From a virus (lineage: Duplodnaviria > Caudoviricetes): DNA of 36,399 nt. The stretch's first letter is position 1. The number at the start of each line of letters is the position of its first letter. Shown one piece after another: positions 26,958 through 35,953 of the stretch. The position numbers were made by a program, and so were the translations under genes. Location of the stretch: positions 1-36,399 of IMG/VR virus record IMGVR_UViG_3300016667_000269; one strand, written 5' to 3'. The notes below the pieces were generated by a model. The model saw only the letters and a program-made list of their open reading frames with translations, was not told the DNA's origin and did no database searches.

Positions 26958-27215
26958 TTACGCCCAAACGCGCACAGGCTGCGTCGGGTTGATTGAATAC
27001 GGCAGCAGTTCCTCTGGTGCCTCGCCTCGGGTGTTTACGTGCCAGCCATCAACAGCGGCCATCTCAGGCGTATCAGAGTCCAGCATGACCCCCGTGGGCT
27101 TGTAGATGGTGCCGATGATGTCGATGGACATGGCGTAGCGAGGCTGGCCGTCCTCGTTGAAGAGAGCAGCCAGAGCCTCGGCCTCAGTGGGGAATTTCAA
27201 ATGCAAATCTGTCAT
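26958..27215 (-). CDS. Small fibre-associated protein
   Basis: D..L.F..E...IG.I...GWHVN...P..P.RVWA pattern, coupled to the fibre gene. Confidence 0.7.
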   Translation of the reverse strand: MTDLHLKFPTEAEALAALFNEDGQPRYAMSIDIIGTIYKPTGVMLDSDTPEMAAVDGWHVNTRGEAPEELLPYSINPTQPVRVWA

Positions 27216-28675
27216 GCTGTGATCCCTTGGAGTTCAGCGTTGGCAAGGCGGCGGGGGTAGTAGGCGATGCGTCGGATGTAGCCATTCAATGTAGTTGTCG
27301 GGACCGTAGATTCATCAATACCAACTCGAAGAACGTTGACCGTTGGGACAGTTGCCGACGTGTCAGTTGTTCCTGCTGTTCCGTTTGATGCTTGGTTAAA
27401 GTCGTTTAACTTGTAAGCACCTGCAACTTTGTTTGTATTTGCAGCAGAAGAAATAACTACTTGAACGTCTGCCTGAGAAACCGCGCTAACTTGCGCTAAA
27501 AGTCTTGATGAAGTTGAGCCGTTAAAACCAACAATTATTCGGTTGTTAGCCGAACCATCATCAACTTGCAGCAAGCGCCGTGTCGCAGGAGTACCGCCAA
27601 ACGTAGAACCCTCAGCAAACAACGTCCCCTCAGTCTGGTTGTACCAACTAGAGAAGTTCGACCCCAGCATAGAGGCCACATCGGCTGCTCGGGTTGCTGC
27701 TGCACCAGAGGTTGGAATAGGCGAGGTGGCAAATGCGCCTTGCTCAAACTGAGGAAGACCTACGCGAATAGTGATGTCAATGGATGCTCCATTCGGAGTC
27801 GTCCAGTAAATTTGAGGGCTGTCCACAAAAGCACAGGACGCATTTTGCGTAGTCAGAGGGGCTGTGTACCGGGTAAGCGTCGAAGTGATCGGGAAGGCCG
27901 CGCTGGCGTCTGTTCGCAAGAATATCGAGGAGGCATCCTTCTCATAGAACCCCATATAGAGTCCGGTGATGTTTGCAAGGCTTCCTGCGGCAATCTTGAG
28001 GTAGGCGCTTGGCGTCCAAGCTTGCCCGTTGGCCGCTGCAACTTTTCCTGCGTTACCGTCAAAAAGCAGACTTGAAGTCCCCGTGGCCCCTGATGTGTTC
28101 GTCCCGCTGTATCGGATGTCTACATACGAGATGCCGTTCTCAGTCCCGGTAGAAACAATGCTGGTAGTAATACCCGCTGGGTTTCCCGTGTTCCAGTTGG
28201 TAGGAATAGTCCCAGGAACACCGACAACAGCCCCAACCATCGTGTTGTTGCGGATGCTGTTTGTCCGCTGCTCCTCAATCAGCAAGCCGCGAGGTGCCAG
28301 AGTGGAAGGGTTGTAGTCAAACCGAGGCGTGTTTGTCGTGGCCTGAGTAAGAACGCCTGCGCTGTTGAACCGCCAAGCGTTTGAAGCGCGAGTGAACGTA
28401 ACGCGAGAATCCAGCCGATCAGTGCCATCAACAAAGTTCAAGCCCATGCTTGGCAGAACTGTCGGGTTTTGCAGCAGGTAGTTCAGCGCACCAGAGGCGG
28501 TTCCAATGGTCGGCGAGTGCTTCTGAGCAACAGGAATCAGACGGCCAGAAACAGCACCATCAGCCACGCCGTACAGATTGCAGAGGGCGTACAAATCCCC
28601 TTCAAAGGAGTTGGCGCAGTTCAAGGCATTTCTGATTGCATCCTGCAAATCTCCCTGAAGTGAGTTGTTGTTCAT
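27212..28675 (-). CDS. LamG/concanavalin-like fibre (head spike or second receptor-binding protein)
   Basis: FTRAS, PRFDY, GLLIEEQRTN, Q.E.G.FATS.IPT..A..TRAAD, EGT and NG.IRRI.YYP.RL...ELQ motifs. Confidence 0.75.
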   Translation of the reverse strand: MNNNSLQGDLQDAIRNALNCANSFEGDLYALCNLYGVADGAVSGRLIPVAQKHSPTIGTASGALNYLLQNPTVLPSMGLNFVDGTDRLDSRVTFTRASNAWRFNSAGVLTQATTNTPRFDYNPSTLAPRGLLIEEQRTNSIRNNTMVGAVVGVPGTIPTNWNTGNPAGITTSIVSTGTENGISYVDIRYSGTNTSGATGTSSLLFDGNAGKVAAANGQAWTPSAYLKIAAGSLANITGLYMGFYEKDASSIFLRTDASAAFPITSTLTRYTAPLTTQNASCAFVDSPQIYWTTPNGASIDITIRVGLPQFEQGAFATSPIPTSGAAATRAADVASMLGSNFSSWYNQTEGTLFAEGSTFGGTPATRRLLQVDDGSANNRIIVGFNGSTSSRLLAQVSAVSQADVQVVISSAANTNKVAGAYKLNDFNQASNGTAGTTDTSATVPTVNVLRVGIDESTVPTTTLNGYIRRIAYYPRRLANAELQGITA

Positions 28676-29976
28676 TCGTACTCTCTCTTACGTCTTGCGT
28701 TTGCTTTGATTAGTTCGTTGATGGTTTGCTGTGTCGCCCACTTAGGCGGCTCAGGTGCCTTTGGCTTCATCTCTTCACGCCACACAAGGCAGGCATACCG
28801 AAATGCGTCTGCGTAGTGGCTTGTCCAGTCATGCCGTGGCTTATCTCTGAATGCGCGTTTGTCTTCGTCGTACTCGCGCTGGTATTGCTTCAGGGCTTCA
28901 ATGCCGTCCCTGCACTTTTCATCGAAATAGCACTCAGCCAAGCTCAACCTGGCCGCTTGGATGCCGTCAATCAAGCCAAGCTCAGGAACAATCCGAGGCT
29001 TCCAATCCAATCCTCTGAACTGCTCCTCAATCGAGCGACCCGTCTGCAAGCTCTTGGCCCGTGCGTCATGCGGCAACCAGAGCCACTCGCCGTAGCTGTA
29101 TGGCTTGCTCTTGAGGACTTCGTGATAGTGCGAAATCGGTTGACCGTGGGTTGAGTAGCAGTCAATGAGCCGTAACTCTTTGCCGACCTGAAACCACCAG
29201 ATGGCCGTGTCATCAGACCAGCCAAGGTCAAGGACTGCGTGAACCTTCAGTGCCGGGTCATACAAACCAGCCTTGACGCGCCCTTGCTGCTCCAGAACCC
29301 ACAGCTCTTTGCCGTAGATTGCGCCGGGGATGGCTGCGTCAAAATCGCACTCCATCTCTTGCCGCCAAGCGTCTTCTGTCAGCTCATGCTTCAGAGCCTC
29401 TAGTTCACTTTCAGGCAGCAGGCCAGATTCAGATGCCTTGATGGTCAGGCACAGCCAATCAAGGCTGACTTCGGCGTGCTGGTAGATTTCCCAGAACTGG
29501 TTACGTCCCTTTGGCGTTCCAATGATGACTGCCCAACCACCTCTATCAGCCAAGGCAGGGCGAATCACATAGCCCCAGACGCTAGGCTTCCAATCTCCGT
29601 ATTCATCGGCTACCAGCCCATCAAAGAACTGGCCGCGCAGTGCATCTGCGTTGTCTGCGCCGAACAACCGGATTCGGCATCCATTCGGGAAGTCCACCCG
29701 CAGCTCAGACTCATTGACGCTGATGCCGGGTATGACTGAGGTAAACCGCTTGAGGTAGTCCCAAGCAACCGCTTTCGCCTGCGAGTAGAACGGAGCTACA
29801 TACGCAAACCGTCCGTCATTGCGGTCAAAGGTCAGCGCAGCCTTGATTAGCTCGTTGACGCAAGCAACCGTCTTTCCTGCTCGGCGGTGAGCCACAACCA
29901 CAGCCCAACGCTGCTTGCGCTTGTGAAGCGGCTGGAATGCTGGCCTTGGCTTGTAAGGGATCGTGATGACCTTCAT
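28672..29976 (-). CDS. terL: Terminase large subunit
   Basis: Walker A HRRAGKT, Walker B LVADE, GTPKG, DLG..D and SH.ADAFRY nuclease motifs. Confidence 0.93.
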   Translation of the reverse strand: MKVITIPYKPRPAFQPLHKRKQRWAVVVAHRRAGKTVACVNELIKAALTFDRNDGRFAYVAPFYSQAKAVAWDYLKRFTSVIPGISVNESELRVDFPNGCRIRLFGADNADALRGQFFDGLVADEYGDWKPSVWGYVIRPALADRGGWAVIIGTPKGRNQFWEIYQHAEVSLDWLCLTIKASESGLLPESELEALKHELTEDAWRQEMECDFDAAIPGAIYGKELWVLEQQGRVKAGLYDPALKVHAVLDLGWSDDTAIWWFQVGKELRLIDCYSTHGQPISHYHEVLKSKPYSYGEWLWLPHDARAKSLQTGRSIEEQFRGLDWKPRIVPELGLIDGIQAARLSLAECYFDEKCRDGIEALKQYQREYDEDKRAFRDKPRHDWTSHYADAFRYACLVWREEMKPKAPEPPKWATQQTINELIKANARRKREYE

Positions 29977-30269
29977 TCAAGCCACTTAAAGGCGTGAACA
30001 ATGTCTCCACCGTCTGCCCCAACGTGCTCTTGGCGAGCCAGCTTTGGGATGTGGTATTCAATCGCTTTCAGGTACAGGTCAGCGGCTTTTCCGGGATCTG
30101 GCTTCACATCGCCAAAACCCTCTGCAACGCGTTCAATCCATTCTTGGAGCTTAGGTGCGCCCTGCTCTGCGAAAACGGCTATAGCGGCCCTTACGTCTGC
30201 CGTAGCCCTATTTGGTGAACCCTTTGGCCTTCCAACAGTTTTTTTGCTTTGTTTATTAGCTGCCATCAC
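29973..30269 (-). CDS. terS: Terminase small subunit
   Basis: GRPKGSPN N-terminus and EH.GADGG.I C-terminus; upstream of terL. Confidence 0.75.
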   Translation of the reverse strand: MMAANKQSKKTVGRPKGSPNRATADVRAAIAVFAEQGAPKLQEWIERVAEGFGDVKPDPGKAADLYLKAIEYHIPKLARQEHVGADGGDIVHAFKWLE

Positions 30270-30317
30270 TTCCCGATGCTGTTGAGCATCGCCTCGTTTG
30301 GCGCAGCTAGTTGCTGC

Positions 30318-30533
30318 TTATCGTGTAGTGAGATTTGTCCGAATCGCGGCGGCTGCTTGAGCTGCGGTCAACGATTGGGCTACCTGAGTCATCCCAGCCT
30401 TTTCGCTGGTCGTGATGTTTGCGTTCTGGACATAAACGTCAGTAACGCTGCCAATGGTGTTGAACTGAGTAATCTTGCAGTTCAGGCCATCAGTGGCTAG
30501 TTGTGCTTGCAGTGCTTGCTCTGTGAATGCCAT
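30318..30533 (-). CDS. Hypothetical protein, first gene of the late operon
   Basis: AGGAG SD. Confidence 0.6.
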   Translation of the reverse strand: MAFTEQALQAQLATDGLNCKITQFNTIGSVTDVYVQNANITTSEKAGMTQVAQSLTAAQAAAAIRTNLTTR

Positions 30534-30544
30534 AGCAAACTCCT

Positions 30545-30800
30545 AAAAAAGAAAAGCCGCACTAGGCGGCAAAGGTAGGCAACTGCAATTGCTACCGTGG
30601 GGGATAGGTGCTGGGCAGCAGAACGCTTGTTTGCAAAGTTACGTCTGGCGATCGAACGACTGCGCCCAGCGAAAAAAAAGCCAGCACTTGGCTGGCCTTG
30701 GTCAATCCTTCGGAGCGAGCTTTCCTCTCCGCATGGATTGAACTCATATGTGTATGCACTGGAGTTGGGCACATATTAGGAAGCCGTTTCCAGATTGCAA
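30545..30800 (-). promoter_or_regulatory. Late promoter (PR'-like) with a structured leader and two terminators
   Basis: TTGCAA-16-TAATAT (30800-30773); hairpin-plus-T-run terminators at 30672-30696 and 30545-30570. Confidence 0.65.
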
Positions 30801-30817
30801 GCACTTTTTATTGTGTA

Positions 30818-31192
30818 TCACGCCAGCGTGTTCTTGAGCATCGTCCGTGAGTCAATGACCAGCTTGCACAGCCCGTCTTTCGTCTCTCCAAAGACCTGAC
30901 GCGCCTTCCTTTCTCCTGACCTGAAAACGTAGTACCAGCGCAATACGGCTGCATTCTTGGTTGGCAGCTTGGCAATAGCCCGTTCAATCGCTACGGCATC
31001 CTTTGTATCTACGGTCGGGCCAATCTCTGGAACGTGCCACTGCCGAGCATTGCTTCGTGCCATGCGGAACATCGGGCAAATTCCGGTGGAGTAGCCTGGA
31101 CGAACCCAAAGGCTCCAGTTCTCAAGCCTGCGGTCAATCTCTTGCTGTGCTTGTGGGACAAAGAACACATCATTAATCATGCAAGCCCCCAT
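30818..31192 (-). CDS. Antitermination protein Q-like
   Basis: RLENWSLW, DA..IERAI..L and LRWYY motifs; directly upstream of the late promoter and terminators. Confidence 0.7.
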   Translation of the reverse strand: MGACMINDVFFVPQAQQEIDRRLENWSLWVRPGYSTGICPMFRMARSNARQWHVPEIGPTVDTKDAVAIERAIAKLPTKNAAVLRWYYVFRSGERKARQVFGETKDGLCKLVIDSRTMLKNTLA

Positions 31193-31527
31193 ACAGAATT
31201 TGGAACCTTTCTATTGACTGCTTCTTTAACAACATCGGCCACCACCTCGCCAAAGTTGCGGGTTGGCTTGTGTTCGTTGGCCTGATCTTGTAGTTGGAGC
31301 AAGCCTTGCTTGGTGATTTCGTAGATGTACTGCTGACCGTTTGCCTTGGATGACTTGCCAATCCGTCTAAGGTGGCCTCGCACGTTGCACCTGGCGCAGT
31401 AAATCCGAACAGTGTTGAAGCACCAATCGTCGGATTCCATCTTTGCCAAGACCTCTCGGCTGGTCATTGGCCCGTGGTCGCGGAACATTTGTAGAAGCTG
31501 GCGCATTTTCTTGGCAATCCTTCTCAT
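31177..31527 (-). CDS. Winged-helix-like hypothetical protein
   Basis: GPMTSREV...Y.IT..G pattern; ends NSVWGL. Confidence 0.6.
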   Translation of the reverse strand: MRRIAKKMRQLLQMFRDHGPMTSREVLAKMESDDWCFNTVRIYCARCNVRGHLRRIGKSSKANGQQYIYEITKQGLLQLQDQANEHKPTRNFGEVVADVVKEAVNRKVPNSVWGLA

Positions 31528-31811
31528 TTCAGAACTAGCTCCCCTTGCTCAATCAGTTGTGTCAATGTCTTGCTGATGGCTTCAAACTGGAAGTGACGTC
31601 GATCTACCTTGCTCATGCTCTTGCCTTGGTCTAGCTCGGAATGGCACCGAAAGCACAGAGCCATGATTGCGGCGTCACTAGCTTTGAGTCCCCTGCCCTT
31701 GCCGAACTCAAGCAGGTTGGAGTGGGCGGCTTGGGTTGAGCCTTCCAATCCACAGTTGACGCAGGCCAGTTCCGCCACGCTGCGGCGCAGTTTTTCGCTT
31801 CGGAAGGTCAT
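31524..31811 (-). CDS. DUF968 / HNH-like zinc-binding nin-region protein
   Basis: CxxC...AAH...KG.G.K.SD...LCxxCH motif. Confidence 0.75.
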   Translation of the reverse strand: MTFRSEKLRRSVAELACVNCGLEGSTQAAHSNLLEFGKGRGLKASDAAIMALCFRCHSELDQGKSMSKVDRRHFQFEAISKTLTQLIEQGELVLK

Positions 31812-32137
31812 TGGGTCGCCTTCCCTTCTGCTCGGTTGGTGGCTTCCTCTGATCTCCATATTTCCACCCGTGCTTGTGCGGCCACCAGATGCCAGCGCAG
31901 TTCTTCCTCTACCTCTACGGCTTGCTTGATGCCTTCCAGAAGCGCGACATACTCAGGATGGGCATAGGCATACTGCTCACGGGCATTGGCTGCGTCTGCC
32001 GTGCTTTCTGCCATCAGAAGGGCTTTTTTGCTTTTGCGGAATTCCTCAAGGTAGACCCGCTGCGCCTTGGCCTTGGCAAACTTGGAACCGTTTTTGATGA
32101 TGTAGTCAACGGCTTTATGGGGGTTGGTTTCTTTCAT
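31808..32137 (-). CDS. Conserved phage helical protein
   Basis: RKSKKA.LM, RE..AYAHPEY and WRS.EA..R motifs. Confidence 0.7.
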   Translation of the reverse strand: MKETNPHKAVDYIIKNGSKFAKAKAQRVYLEEFRKSKKALLMAESTADAANAREQYAYAHPEYVALLEGIKQAVEVEEELRWHLVAAQARVEIWRSEEATNRAEGKATQ

Positions 32138-32418
32138 GCCGCCTCCATCACCTTGAGCAACCGCAATGCAGCCTCTGGCCCATCCACTACGGCCAGAGTC
32201 CCTCCCATCCAGCCTTCCTTGAACTTGCGCTGGTTCTCGTTCAATCCTTTTCTGCCGTAGTTGCTGTTTGGGTCTTTGACCTCGACCAGTGCTGTCTTTC
32301 CGACATGGCCGACCAGCAAATCAACCGGCAACTTCAGGATGTAGACAGATGCGCCTGCTGCACGAAGGGCAGACACAACGGCGTCTTGGTTGGCGTCTAC
32401 TCGGGCTGCGTATCTCAT
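32134..32418 (-). CDS. VRR-NUC / PD-(D/E)xK nuclease (resolvase-like)
   Basis: AARVDANQ..VV.ALR..G, PVDLLVG...LVEVK and L...Q..F...W.G motifs. Confidence 0.8.
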   Translation of the reverse strand: MRYAARVDANQDAVVSALRAAGASVYILKLPVDLLVGHVGKTALVEVKDPNSNYGRKGLNENQRKFKEGWMGGTLAVVDGPEAALRLLKVMEAA

Positions 32419-32999
32419 GCGACAAGCTCCATTTGTCGGCTTGCACCCCATTGAGATGCCATTGCCTCGGCAATTCCTTGGAATGTCTTGCTGCGCTCTT
32501 TCCATCGGTCAGGTCCTGGAGGCATACGATGGATGCGAGGCTCTCTACCTTCAACAATGTTTGTTGGTCGCAAAGGAAGCAAACCTTTGAGCCAAAGGCA
32601 GGTTGCTTTAGTCTCACCATGACCGAATTGCCAAGGCTGGATGATCTGGTCTGGGTTGCGATAAAGGCTCGACATGATGCACACCGGGTTTTCGATTGCT
32701 GTCATTGGGATGTGAGCAGATTGGCGAACAATCTTCATGAAGAATGAGACTGCGGCCTGCTGCCTGCCATCCATACGTTTAGCTTCAAAGTGACGGCTAC
32801 CGGAAACGCTCAGATGAGTGCATGGAGGATGGAAAATCGCCAAGTCCCACGGATAGTCGATCACATCAAACAGACTTCCTTGGTAATGCGGACCAGGCAC
32901 ATCCGTTGGCAAAAGGTCGCAACTCATGGCGTCATGCCCCCCACCAATGAAGGCATCTCGAACAGTTCCTGAAGATTCGCAAGCAACTAGGACTTTCAT
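32415..32999 (-). CDS. Compact C5-cytosine DNA methyltransferase-like protein
   Basis: VLVACESSG (motif I-like), HPPC (motif IV), ENP (motif VI) and RSKTF.GIA.AMA.QW. Confidence 0.75.
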   Translation of the reverse strand: MKVLVACESSGTVRDAFIGGGHDAMSCDLLPTDVPGPHYQGSLFDVIDYPWDLAIFHPPCTHLSVSGSRHFEAKRMDGRQQAAVSFFMKIVRQSAHIPMTAIENPVCIMSSLYRNPDQIIQPWQFGHGETKATCLWLKGLLPLRPTNIVEGREPRIHRMPPGPDRWKERSKTFQGIAEAMASQWGASRQMELVA

Positions 33000-33199
33000 A
33001 GGTCTTTGATGTAGTTCTGTGCCACTTCCAGATGCACACGCTCACCACTCATTGCAAAGTCCATCAGGCGCTTTGCGGCCATCATTGCGGACTGCTGGTA
33101 AGAGGTGACCACTGCTTGCTCTGCTTCACGGATTGGCTGGTTAAGTTCCGGGCCTTGAAAGTCGTCCATTGCTGGGGCCATGCCTGTTTCGTCTGTCAT
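32996..33199 (-). CDS. Hypothetical protein
   Basis: Coupled overlaps; GGAG SD. Confidence 0.55.
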   Translation of the reverse strand: MTDETGMAPAMDDFQGPELNQPIREAEQAVVTSYQQSAMMAAKRLMDFAMSGERVHLEVAQNYIKDL

Positions 33200-33369
33200 T
33201 TGCTCTCCTTCATGTGCCTTACGAGGTCTTGTGCAATGCCGCTGAATAGCTCTGTCTTGTCCAATTCCTTAGCCCTCTCCCATGCGTACTGTTTCCAGCC
33301 TTCAATCCGAGCCATCCTGATAAGGTGGTCTAGGTGCGTCTGGTAGGTCTTGGCCTGGTCAAAGGTCAC
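33196..33369 (-). CDS. Small hypothetical protein (57 aa)
   Basis: Read manually: GTG start, ...GWKQYAWERAKELD...; 4-bp overlaps. Confidence 0.55.
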   Translation of the reverse strand: MTFDQAKTYQTHLDHLIRMARIEGWKQYAWERAKELDKTELFSGIAQDLVRHMKESK

Positions 33370-33479
33370 TTGTCCAAGTCGCCTGTGAGAATCAATGCCT
33401 GAGTGATTTCGGCCAGCGTTGGAGATACGTCACCAGCACGAACACGGATGAGGATTGAGAGTGCCTCGACGTAGCTCAT
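33366..33479 (-). CDS. Small hypothetical protein (37 aa)
   Basis: GGAGG SD; ...ALILTGDL; 4-bp overlaps. Confidence 0.55.
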   Translation of the reverse strand: MSYVEALSILIRVRAGDVSPTLAEITQALILTGDLDK

Positions 33480-33934
33480 GCAACCTCCTTAATTCCTAGT
33501 GCTTCGCGTGCAAATCGCAGGTTGAGCGGACGAATCTTGTCCCCTGCCTTGTGACGCGAAATGATGTTTTTTGCCCATGCTTTGTGATCCACCGAAGACA
33601 CCGGGCCTTTGCCAACAACTCGCCCCAGCTTTGCAAGCTCTGCCTTGACACGCTCTGGGTCTGCCTTCGGCTCAGGAAGCTGCAAAACCTCTGGCGCTGG
33701 CGCTTGACGGCATAGGGCCACGAACTGACGCACGTTCGGCGCACGGTCTGGCAAGTTCTTCAATGCCCACAGGATTCGGCGCTTGGCCTGCTCATTGCCT
33801 GTAAACGGCTCCAATGCATCCAACCAAACGGTCTTCACATCCGATGTAGGCGCGTTGCCCATCGAGCGATCCCACTCTGCGCCGTAGTTGGCAGCAAGAG
33901 TTCGGAAAACGTAGTCCACTGCTTCGGCGCTCAT
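33476..33934 (-). CDS. Replication protein P-like (helicase loader position)
   Basis: F..L...YG..W...W...L...PN..QF..LC pattern; follows the initiator. Confidence 0.65.
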   Translation of the reverse strand: MSAEAVDYVFRTLAANYGAEWDRSMGNAPTSDVKTVWLDALEPFTGNEQAKRRILWALKNLPDRAPNVRQFVALCRQAPAPEVLQLPEPKADPERVKAELAKLGRVVGKGPVSSVDHKAWAKNIISRHKAGDKIRPLNLRFAREALGIKEVA

Positions 33935-34797
33935 TGCGATGCCTCCAAAAGTTTCATGCTTGCGGAATCAACATCAATGAACTGGCCTTCAATCCGGTCA
34001 CGGTCAGGATGACGCTGGCCGGTCATCTCTTCCCATCGACGCATACCAGCCTCGGCGTCACGCTCACGGTATGTCTTCGGCTGACGGATAGTCTGGATCG
34101 GGCGCTCGTTGATGACGTACTTGGCCTCAAAGCCTTTCCAGCTTTTAGCCATGACCTTCTCAGCCGCTTCCAACGGTGACCAGCCAGCCTTTTTGGATTC
34201 GGACAAATGGTCGCGCCATGCCCGTAGGGTTAGCGGAGCTTTGATGTTGGACTTGTAGGCAATGAACTCGGATGCCGTCTCAAGACCGAATCCAGCTTGC
34301 AAAAGGTCATCAACCGTTGCCATTGGTTGAGCCTGGTGAACGCTGCGCTTGCGCTGCGTCTTTACTACTACGTCAGTAGTAGTATTGGTTCTTGGTTCTT
34401 GGTTCTTGGTTAGTTGAACGTCTGTTGAAGATTCGTCAACAGACGTTGGACTTTTTTCAACGTCCGTTGAGCGTCCGTTCAACCGGCGTTCAGCAGACGC
34501 TCGACCAGCACTAGAAGCCTTGGACTGCTTTTCCTTGTACTTGGCAATCTCTAGGCTTGCGCGTTTGTTCACCCAAGCTCCGTCCTCAAGCTCAAAAAAC
34601 TTGTTCAGGACGTACTCAACCTCTGCCAAGTGGTCACGCATCCCGATCTCTCGTGCAACGTCCGCTGAACACCCGTTGAACGGACGTTCAGCAAGGTAGT
34701 AGGCGTCCAGCAGGCGGCGGTAAGCCAAGTCTTCAATCAGCGACAGATTGCGCGTATGGGCGGCATAGTCGCCAATGTGAAACTGGTAGAAATTCAC
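33931..34797 (-). CDS. YdaU/DUF1376-family replication initiator
   Basis: Y.FHIGDY...T..LS..E..AY.RLLD.YY motif; contains internal iterons. Confidence 0.85.
   Translation of the reverse strand: MNFYQFHIGDYAAHTRNLSLIEDLAYRRLLDAYYLAERPFNGCSADVAREIGMRDHLAEVEYVLNKFFELEDGAWVNKRASLEIAKYKEKQSKASSAGRASAERRLNGRSTDVEKSPTSVDESSTDVQLTKNQEPRTNTTTDVVVKTQRKRSVHQAQPMATVDDLLQAGFGLETASEFIAYKSNIKAPLTLRAWRDHLSESKKAGWSPLEAAEKVMAKSWKGFEAKYVINERPIQTIRQPKTYRERDAEAGMRRWEEMTGQRHPDRDRIEGQFIDVDSASMKLLEASQ
34385..34505. repeat. Replication origin iterons within the initiator gene
   Basis: About four TTGGTTC units and several (T)TCAAC(A/G)GACGTT-type imperfect palindromic repeats. Confidence 0.7.
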
Positions 34798-34810
34798 GCT
34801 TGCTCCAGAC

Positions 34811-34993
34811 TCAAATCACCCGATAGACCGTGTACCGGCCCTTCTTGCTCTTGATGAGCTGCTCACCCTCTTTGAGAGCCTCAGTAACCCTTTTCCATGG
34901 GCATACAGAGATGCCGAGCTGGAGCATTTCCAGAGTGGTCATGCCGCGCCGCTTAAGCGCAGAAATCAGCTTGCGTCCTTGTGTTTGCTTCAT
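34811..34993 (-). CDS. Small HTH protein
   Basis: TQ...LI.AL....MT..E...LGI....KR..E pattern. Confidence 0.65.
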   Translation of the reverse strand: MKQTQGRKLISALKRRGMTTLEMLQLGISVCPWKRVTEALKEGEQLIKSKKGRYTVYRVI

Positions 34994-35001
34994 GGGTTCT
35001 C

Positions 35002-35223
35002 CTAGATTTGGGCCTTGAGAATCCGAGCAGACTTGGCCCTGCTGTCCGCTGGGTTGGGATCAATCGAGATGCCGTGGCTGTTGTTGCGCTGCGAGGAAAG
35101 AAAACCCCGGCTCAGGTAGAGCTGCTCACGCACCACGAAGGCAGAAAGTTCGCCAGGACATACCGACAGGTCAAAGGCGTTGCCTTGGCTCTTAGGAATC
35201 TTGGTTCCAGGCCAGAAGTTCAT
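35002..35223 (-). CDS. Hypothetical protein
   Basis: Start MNFWPGTKIPKS overlaps the upstream stop. Confidence 0.55.
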   Translation of the reverse strand: MNFWPGTKIPKSQGNAFDLSVCPGELSAFVVREQLYLSRGFLSSQRNNSHGISIDPNPADSRAKSARILKAQI

Positions 35224-35558
35224 GCCGCTTTCCTCGCTACAAAGGTTTCGAGGATGGTCAGTTCTGCCTGTGCAGTGAGCCATTGGGTGATGCAGCGGTT
35301 ACCGCAAGCAACCTCAAACTCGGGAATGTGATCGGCAGGAAGATTGCGCTGACCTGTTTTAGATGACAAGTAGCTAGTCACATGAGACGGGTACAGTTGC
35401 GCTTCCTCTGCCAGTGTCCGCATGGTCATGTTGCGGCGCTTTCGGAGTTGCCAGCAGGCTTGAACGGCTTCGCGGTAGCTTTTAATAGACTTCAAAAACT
35501 GTGCATCTACAAGGGTAGGACCCTCGTAGTAGGTGAGCATTGGTAGCTGCAACTGCAT
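35220..35558 (-). CDS. CII-like HTH regulator
   Basis: HTH (LAEEAQLYPSHVTSYL) and CGN....QWL motif; follows cro. Confidence 0.65.
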   Translation of the reverse strand: MQLQLPMLTYYEGPTLVDAQFLKSIKSYREAVQACWQLRKRRNMTMRTLAEEAQLYPSHVTSYLSSKTGQRNLPADHIPEFEVACGNRCITQWLTAQAELTILETFVARKAA

Positions 35559-35678
35559 GTCATCCCCCTGATAGAAAAAAATAAACGTATTACCTGTTGA
35601 GTTACCGAATGAACGCGGCCATAGTTAAATGCGGGTCCAATCAGATCGGACTCAGCTTTTAAGAAGGGGCTTTTCATG

Positions 35679-35882
35679 TCAGGCTTGTTCACCAATCACT
35701 GCCGCTGGCAGCATTTCTTCAACGGTCACAACGCCATTGGTGAAATCTCTGATTGCCAGCATCCGACGAGGCGGGATACCGTTGTCACGCCACTGAGACA
35801 CAGCAGAAGGTGTCAGGCCAAAAAGGTCTGCAAGGGACTTAGTTCGGCCCGTCTCTGCATCAAGCCACTCGTTTAACTTCAT
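35679..35882 (-). CDS. cro: Cro-like repressor
   Basis: LADLFGLTPSAVSQW...IP..R...I...T.G.VT motif; divergent from cI. Confidence 0.85.
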   Translation of the reverse strand: MKLNEWLDAETGRTKSLADLFGLTPSAVSQWRDNGIPPRRMLAIRDFTNGVVTVEEMLPAAVIGEQA

Positions 35883-35888
35883 GGCTAA

Positions 35889-35953
35889 ATTTTAGCAAAA
35901 CCTAAAAACAAAATCAAGTTAAAGCTAAAGCCCTTGCTTTAGAGTCAACTAAA
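35889..35953. promoter_or_regulatory. PR/PRM region with three operators (OR)
   Basis: TTTAG-N6-CTAAA-type sites at 35891-35906, 35914-35929 and 35938-35953; PR is TTGATT-17-TAAAAT on the minus strand. Confidence 0.8.

Noticed and set aside
11809-28675. Diversity-generating retroelement acting on the fibres
   Set aside because: No reverse transcriptase and no TR/VR repeat pair was seen.
30497-30804. Short ORFs in the late leader
   Set aside because: They overlap the promoter and terminators, lack an SD, and the region is better explained as non-coding.
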